Assembly: GCA_046758505.1 (NCBI GenBank)
Contig: JBHIAH010000037.1
Coordinates: 1 to 24,395 of the forward strand
From: Candidatus Methylomirabilales bacterium
GTDB taxonomy: Bacteria > Methylomirabilota > Methylomirabilia > Methylomirabilales > CSP1-5
Direction: 5' to 3'
DNA: 24,395 nucleotides
Part shown: in pieces, positions 19,207-24,395 of the stretch
Numbering within the stretch: position 1 is the stretch's first letter
Layout: each line of letters begins with the position of its first letter
Notes under the pieces: model-generated
The model's input: only the letters and a program-made list of their open reading frames with translations
Databases searched by the model: none
Told to the model about the DNA's origin: nothing
Translations under genes and position numbers: made by a program

Positions 19207-19347
19207 GCTGGGATGCTGGCAGGCTGGAATGCTGGAAGGCTTGAAGGTCGGAACGTACTGAGCCTTCTGCTTTCAGTCTCCGAGCGTCCTAGCCTCCTAG
19301 CTTTCTAGCGTTCCAGCGGCCCTAGCTGACTGCAGATGGCTGACAGC
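19207..19347. repeat. Inverted octamer tandem repeats with heptamer tail
   Basis: Six GCTGGAAG-like units (19207-19254) facing about six CTCCTAGC-like units (19278-19326), then TGACTGC AGATGGC TGACAGC. Confidence 0.8.
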
Positions 19348-20142
19348 TTATCGGCCCTTAAAGACGGGTGTGCGCTTTTCCAGGAAGGCCCGGGTTCCCT
19401 CCTGGGCATCCCCCGTCGCGACCGCGATGGCGAAGAGGGTCGCCTCGTATTCGAGTCCGTCGCTCAGGGACATCTCGAGCCCGTGGGTCACGGCCTCGAG
19501 ACACAGCTCGAGGACCACGGGAGCCTTTCCCGCGAGGAGCCGGGCGAGCTTCTCCGCCTCGGCCATCAGGTCGTTCGCGGGGACGATCTTGTTCACCAGG
19601 CCGATCCGGTAGGCCTCGTGGGCGTCGATCATCTCTCCCGTCAGGATCATCGCCATCGCGTGCTTGCGCCCGACCTGGCGCGGGAGGCGCTGGGTGCCGC
19701 CCCAGCAGGGATTGAAGCCGATATTGATCTCGGGCTGGCCGAACTTTGCGGTCTCGGACGCGAGGGCCAGGTGGCAGGCCTGGACGATCTCACAGCCGCC
19801 GCCCAGGGCGTACCCGTTGACTGCGGCGATCACCGGCTTGCCCAGGCGCTCGATGAGGCTGATCAGTTGCTGTCCCCCGCGGGCGAATCGGTCTCGGGCA
19901 GTCGCGGCCCCCTCCGCCAGGCCGGCCTGGATCTCGCGAATGTCCCCGCCGGCGATGAAGGCCTTCTCCCCGCTCCCGGTCAAAATCACCACCCGCACGG
20001 CGGGGTCATTGCGGGCCGTGAGAAAGGCCTGCTGCAGTTCCTGACGTGTGGCTGCGGTCAAGACGTTCAGGGCCTCCGGCCGGTTGATCGTGATGGAGGT
20101 GATGCCGTCGGCCGTCTGGACGTGCAGGTGCTCGTAAGCCAT
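19348..20142 (-). CDS. Enoyl-CoA hydratase/crotonase family protein
   Basis: INRPEALN, AFIAGGDI, NGYALGGGCE, FGQPE, GGTQRLPR; ATG at 20142 with SD GGAGG. Confidence 0.95.
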   Translation of the reverse strand: MAYEHLHVQTADGITSITINRPEALNVLTAATRQELQQAFLTARNDPAVRVVILTGSGEKAFIAGGDIREIQAGLAEGAATARDRFARGGQQLISLIERLGKPVIAAVNGYALGGGCEIVQACHLALASETAKFGQPEINIGFNPCWGGTQRLPRQVGRKHAMAMILTGEMIDAHEAYRIGLVNKIVPANDLMAEAEKLARLLAGKAPVVLELCLEAVTHGLEMSLSDGLEYEATLFAIAVATGDAQEGTRAFLEKRTPVFKGR

Positions 20143-20160
20143 GTGTGCCTCCGTTGGCAT

Positions 20161-20580
20161 TCAGCGCACGTCGAAGGTCTGCGAGGAGAGGACCTCGCCC
20201 GCCGGGTCCACCGCGTCCACCCTCCACGGTCCGATCCAGCTCTCCAGGATCCGTTTGCGACTCCAGGTCCGCCAGTGGGTGGCCTCGACCACCAGGGGGA
20301 CCTCCGCCATTTTTCGCCCGTTGAAGTACCAAACGTGGCTGATCTCGGTGGGGCTGCTCGCTCCCTCAATCTCGGTAAAATAGTACAACACCCCCACCGA
20401 CGGGGGGAAGACATTTGCGCTGTCGATCGGCTCTCGGTTGACCACGCCGGTCGTCACGACATTCCGGACCACCCGCAGCGTACTTCCCTCCGGCGCTCCC
20501 TTCTGCTCTTGGGCGATGGTCAGGATCGGAAGCGCCAACACCACCAACATGATCGCCCACATCGTCCTCCACCTGCTCAT
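20161..20580 (-). CDS. Exported DUF2914-like protein
   Basis: Signal peptide; VVNREP, YYFTEI, HVWY, WRTWSRK...G.WRVD. Confidence 0.8.
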   Translation of the reverse strand: MSRWRTMWAIMLVVLALPILTIAQEQKGAPEGSTLRVVRNVVTTGVVNREPIDSANVFPPSVGVLYYFTEIEGASSPTEISHVWYFNGRKMAEVPLVVEATHWRTWSRKRILESWIGPWRVDAVDPAGEVLSSQTFDVR

Positions 20581-20592
20581 CGTCGCCTCCTT

Positions 20593-21309
20593 TCACGAGG
20601 TCTCCATTTCTGCCACGAGTCTCTCCACGGCCTCCACAGGGTCCGCCGCCGTGAGGATCGGGCGACCCACGACGACAAAGTCTGCCCCGGCCTCGAGGGC
20701 GTCCCGGGCCGTGGCGACGCGGCGCTGATCGTCGGTTTCGGCTGGTTGTGGGCGGATCCCGGGGGTGACGAGGAGGAAATTTGGGCCGAGCCGACGGCGG
20801 ATCGCCCCGGCTTCGTGCGGCGAGGCGACCACCCCGTCGAGTCCCGCCGCCTTGGCCAGAGACGCGAGGGAGAGGACGTGTGCCTCCACCGCCCGTCCGA
20901 TGCCCAGCGCCTGAAGGTCGGGCTGGGCCAGGCTGGTCAGCACGGTGACCCCGAGGAGGCGTGGGCGCTCGATCCCGAGTGCCTCGGCCCGTTCGGCCGC
21001 GGCGTCCGCCGCCGCGCGCATCATTGCCGGTCCCCCTGCCGCGTGTAGATCCAGCATGAAGACTCTCCATTCGACGGCCTGCGCCACGGCGGCGGCCACC
21101 GTCCGGGGGATGTCGTGGAACTTGAGGTCTAAAAAGACCCGTCCTCCCCACTCGTGGATCCTGGCAATCACCCGGGGGCCCTCGGCGGTGAAGAGCGCCA
21201 GTCCCACCTTGAAGAGGTGGACCTTTCCCTGCAGTCGCTTGACCATCCCCTCTGCCGCGTCGAGTGAGGGGAGATCCAGGGCGAGGATCAAGCGGTCCCG
21301 GGCAGTCAT
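20593..21309 (-). CDS. pyrF: Orotidine-5'-phosphate decarboxylase
   Basis: LILALD, FKVG, FLDLKFHDIP.TV, VTPGIR, DDQRR, VGRPI; ATGA overlap with the upstream gene. Confidence 0.97.
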   Translation of the reverse strand: MTARDRLILALDLPSLDAAEGMVKRLQGKVHLFKVGLALFTAEGPRVIARIHEWGGRVFLDLKFHDIPRTVAAAVAQAVEWRVFMLDLHAAGGPAMMRAAADAAAERAEALGIERPRLLGVTVLTSLAQPDLQALGIGRAVEAHVLSLASLAKAAGLDGVVASPHEAGAIRRRLGPNFLLVTPGIRPQPAETDDQRRVATARDALEAGADFVVVGRPILTAADPVEAVERLVAEMETS

Positions 21310-22073
21310 GATGTCCCTCGGCCGTCCACGGTGAGCCGCATCAGGTCCCGGGCCAGCAGGACATTCCCGGGGAAATGCTTCCGGCAGGGGGTGAGCAGGT
21401 CGTGCCCCGCGCAGGCGGGATAGAAATGGGTGAGGAGGAGCCGCTTGACGCCGGCCCGGGCTGCGATGTCGCCGGCCAGGCTCGGGGTGAGGTGCCCCGG
21501 GACCTTGTGATCCTCCGGGCAGGCGCAATCGAGGATGAGGAGATCGGCAGCCCGGGCCAAGTCGATCAGGGCGTCGGAGTAGTCGGTGTCTCCCGAGTAG
21601 ACGAGGGAGCCGTCGTGGGCGTCGATCCGATACGCCAGGCTGGCATCGGTGTGGGGGACGGGCTGCGCCGTGAGACGCCACGAGCCAAAGTCAACGGTCT
21701 CCCGCGTGAGCTCGACGAGTTCGAGGGTGAACGGAAGGCTCTGCACCCAGGGGCCGTACAGTTCTCCCAGGAGGTGGTAGTGGCGCGCGAGCCCTGGCGG
21801 CCCGCCGACCCAGAGGGGACGCTGCCGCCCGATCTCCGGGCTGCGCAGGGCAAAGAGCAGGTGGGGGAAGTCCCCCACGTGATCGGGGTGGTAGTGGGTG
21901 TACAGGACGCGATCCAGGGTCTCGAGGCGTGCGCCGGCCCGCACGAGCTGGCGGAGCGTCCCGGTGCCGCCGTCCAGCAGGAGCGACTCCTCCGCCACCT
22001 GCACCAGGAAGCCGGGAGAGGCTCGCTCGGGGGAGGGGACCGCAGTCCCCGATCCGAGGACCGTCACTTCCAC
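21306..22073 (-). CDS. MBL-fold metallo-hydrolase (RNase Z/AtsA-like)
   Basis: VLGSGT, LLDGG.G, THYHPDH, YSGDT, HL, LTHFY; GTG start inferred. Confidence 0.9.
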   Translation of the reverse strand: MEVTVLGSGTAVPSPERASPGFLVQVAEESLLLDGGTGTLRQLVRAGARLETLDRVLYTHYHPDHVGDFPHLLFALRSPEIGRQRPLWVGGPPGLARHYHLLGELYGPWVQSLPFTLELVELTRETVDFGSWRLTAQPVPHTDASLAYRIDAHDGSLVYSGDTDYSDALIDLARAADLLILDCACPEDHKVPGHLTPSLAGDIAARAGVKRLLLTHFYPACAGHDLLTPCRKHFPGNVLLARDLMRLTVDGRGTS

Positions 22074-22153
22074 GTCGGATTTCCTTTGGGAAGGGGAATG
22101 CGCATACCTTATCATTACCATTGACGTCAGCCCGGGTCAATTGGGAGAGCACC

Positions 22154-22669
22154 ATGACAGTGCGGATCGAAATTCGCCAGGGGAGCATCCTGGACGTGGC
22201 GGCCGAGGTCATCGTCAATGCCGCCAATAGCCAGGGATGGATGGGGGGTGGGGTGGCCGGTGCGATCAAGCGGGCGGCCGGCAGCCAGGTGGAGGAAGAG
22301 GCCGTCGCGCAGGGGCCCACGCCCGTGGGTGCGGCGATCCTGACGAGCGGCGGCAGGACCCGGTTTCGGGGGATCATCCACGCCCCGACCATGGAGCGCC
22401 CGGCGATGCGGATCCCGGCAGCAAACGTCGGGAGGGCGACGGCGGCTGCGCTGCGTCTCGCGGAGGAGAAAGGCTTTACCACCATCGCCCTGCCGGGGAT
22501 GGGGACCGGGGTGGGCGGTGTCGACCACCAGGCGGCGGCCGTCAGCATGATGGAAGCCATCCGGCAATTCCCCGCAGAGCGCGTGCAGCGCATCCTGCTG
22601 GTCGACGTCGATCGTGCCATGGTGGCGGCGTGGCAGCGCGCGTTGCCGGCGGAGGCGGGGGCGCCATGA
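22154..22669 (+). CDS. Macro domain protein (ADP-ribose binding/hydrolase)
   Basis: IVNAANS..MGGGVAGAI, IIHAPTM, IALPGMGTGVGG. Confidence 0.93.
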   Translation: MTVRIEIRQGSILDVAAEVIVNAANSQGWMGGGVAGAIKRAAGSQVEEEAVAQGPTPVGAAILTSGGRTRFRGIIHAPTMERPAMRIPAANVGRATAAALRLAEEKGFTTIALPGMGTGVGGVDHQAAAVSMMEAIRQFPAERVQRILLVDVDRAMVAAWQRALPAEAGAP

Positions 22670-23838
22670 GGCGACCGCTCGTCGGGATCATCCTCCTCGG
22701 GCTTTTGGTCCCCGCCAAGGGCTGGGGAACCTTTCGGTTCACGGAGGAGGTGACCCGGGTTGTCCTCGGGGGGATCGATTCCATGGCGAACCTCGACTAT
22801 CCCCAGGCCCGGGGAGCCTTCCGGCGGCTCAAGGGCCTCCCGGGCGGTGACCTGCTCTCTCCCTTCCTCGAGGGGCTCGTCGACATCGACCAGGCCATGC
22901 AGGAGGACCGGGGTGAGGAGGAGATCACGGCCGTCCTCGACCGGTTTCTCGCGCGCATGGAGCCGGTGGTGGATCGGGGGCAGGCGCTGTTGCAGGCCGC
23001 GCCGGACAATCCGGACCTGCTCCTCACCCTGGGCATGATCCGCGGGGCGAAGGCGGTCGTGGATCGAACGCGGCGGCACTATCTCGATGCGTTCCGGGGG
23101 ATCCGGGCAAGCCATCGACTCCTCACGCGGACCCTCGAGGTCGACCCGCATCGGGTGGATGCCCTCTGGCCACTGGGGCTGTACGATTACGCCGTCTCCC
23201 GGGTCCCGGCACTCCTCAAGCCCCTGGTCGCTGTTGTGCTCCCCGCCGGGGGTCGCGAACGGGGGCTCGCGCGGCTCAGGCGGGCGGCGCGGGAGGGGGC
23301 CGTGGCCCGGGTCCCGGCGGCGGTGGCCCTGGCCCGAATCCTGAGCGGCCTGGAGGATGAGTTCGCCGAGGCCCTCCCCTACGCAGAGCGGCTGGCGACC
23401 CGATATCCCGGGAACCCGGAGTTCCTCTTTCTGCTGGCCTTTCTGTACTCCGAGACCGACCACACCCGCCGGGCGCTCGCGGTGGCGGAGAGGATCCATC
23501 ACGCCCTCGCAGAGAAGCAGCCCCACTTTCTTCCAGAGCTAACCCCCAGGTATCTCCAGCTCAGGGGCAAGATTGCCATGGATGCGGGAGCCCATGAGCA
23601 GGCCCTCACCTTTTTTCAACAGGCGATCGAGCAGCAGAATGCCAAGTACGCCTGGATCACCGCCTGGGCCCATACCCGGACCGGGATGATCCATGATCTT
23701 CAGGGGGAACGCGAGAAGGCTGAGGAGTCCTATCACCGGGCCCTGGAGATCGAGGGGGGCGGGCTGGCGCAGCAGAAGGCCGAACAATATCTGTCGGCGC
23801 CCTATCGGGGCAAGGACCGGCGGCCCCGGCGGAAGTAG
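22666..23838 (+). CDS. Exported TPR-repeat protein
   Basis: Signal peptide; helical TPR-like repeats; ATGA overlap with the macro gene. Confidence 0.82.
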   Translation: MRRPLVGIILLGLLVPAKGWGTFRFTEEVTRVVLGGIDSMANLDYPQARGAFRRLKGLPGGDLLSPFLEGLVDIDQAMQEDRGEEEITAVLDRFLARMEPVVDRGQALLQAAPDNPDLLLTLGMIRGAKAVVDRTRRHYLDAFRGIRASHRLLTRTLEVDPHRVDALWPLGLYDYAVSRVPALLKPLVAVVLPAGGRERGLARLRRAAREGAVARVPAAVALARILSGLEDEFAEALPYAERLATRYPGNPEFLFLLAFLYSETDHTRRALAVAERIHHALAEKQPHFLPELTPRYLQLRGKIAMDAGAHEQALTFFQQAIEQQNAKYAWITAWAHTRTGMIHDLQGEREKAEESYHRALEIEGGGLAQQKAEQYLSAPYRGKDRRPRRK

Positions 23839-24069
23839 CGCGGGGGGGGGCTCTGTGCGTGGGCTCATGCGATGCCTGTACGGGTCGCCCACCCGCCGTG
23901 TTCGGCTCCTCATCGGATGGGGGATCGGACACTGCCGGCAGTCGCCGGAATTTTTTCCCTGCCGAACGGCGCGCGTCGAGCCCTGAGGGGAGGAGACCCC
24001 GCAAGCGGAGATGGCGGGCAGCCTCGGGCGATCGGCCCCGAACGAGCGCGCGAACGGCCCGAATTTCCA

Positions 24070-24099
24070 TTGACAATGCCCCGAAGGTTTTGATATACG
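24070..24099 (+). promoter_or_regulatory. Probable promoter of HU copy 2
   Basis: TTGACA-N13-TTTGATATACG. Confidence 0.55.
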
Positions 24100-24168
24100 C
24101 CTTACGGTCTCTCCACATCATAGATAATGGCTCTGGGGGTTTGATGAATGTGATGAAGGGGGTCGGCA

Positions 24169-24395
24169 ATGACGAAAGCGGAGCTGGTTGACCGGATGGC
24201 CAGGGATGCCAAGGTGACCAAGCGGGCCGCCGAGGCCGCGCTGGAGAGCGCCCTGAAGGCCGTGAAGGATACCCTGAAGCGAGGGAGGAAGGTCACACTG
24301 GTGGGGTTTGGGACCTTCGCCACGGGACGGCGGAAGGCGCGCACCGGCCGAAATCCCCAGACCGGGAGAACGATTAAGATCCCCGCGGCGCGCGT
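24169..24395 (+). CDS. hup: HU family DNA-binding protein, second copy (truncated by the window end)
   Basis: Manual translation: MTKAELVDRMARDAKVTKRAAEAALESALKAVKDTLKRGRKVTLVGFGTFATGRRKARTGRNPQTGRTIKIPAAR. Confidence 0.95.
   Translation, partial: MTKAELVDRMARDAKVTKRAAEAALESALKAVKDTLKRGRKVTLVGFGTFATGRRKARTGRNPQTGRTIKIPAAR

Noticed and set aside
21306..23838. MBL nuclease, macro domain and TPR genes as a defence system
   Set aside because: Core-like GC, the MBL gene is coupled to pyrF, and these are common housekeeping families

Overview
GC-rich bacterial chromosome segment in two parts. (1) Positions 1 to ~4560 are an accessory island, visibly lower in GC by eye (not computed). It carries mostly plus-strand single genes: a small exported protein, an EExxH metallopeptidase-like protein, an ApeA-like HEPN protein, a small membrane protein and a PIN-like protein. 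Between them lie fragments of a PP2C phosphatase, an IS1-like transposase and an IS110 transposase. The spacers repeatedly carry degenerate GGGGTCAG/GGGGACA-type motifs, some at or beside the points where genes are cut. This possible motif-bounded gene-cassette array is the best candidate for an undescribed system here. (2) Positions ~4590-24395 are housekeeping genes: ftsB-like, eno and a phosphohexomutase (minus); a REC-GGDEF cyclase coupled to dxr-rseP, then ispG and proS; an FmdB zinc ribbon; a Nudix hydrolase; thiS-thiG-thiE; HU; rarA; an enoyl-CoA hydratase; a DUF2914-like protein; pyrF; an RNase Z-like MBL; a macro domain protein; a TPR protein; and a second HU cut by the window edge. 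Several core spacers are filled by degenerate 7-mer/8-mer tandem repeats, mostly as inverted arms. No rRNA, intact tRNA or CRISPR array was seen. All calls come from motif recognition only; no database search was run.
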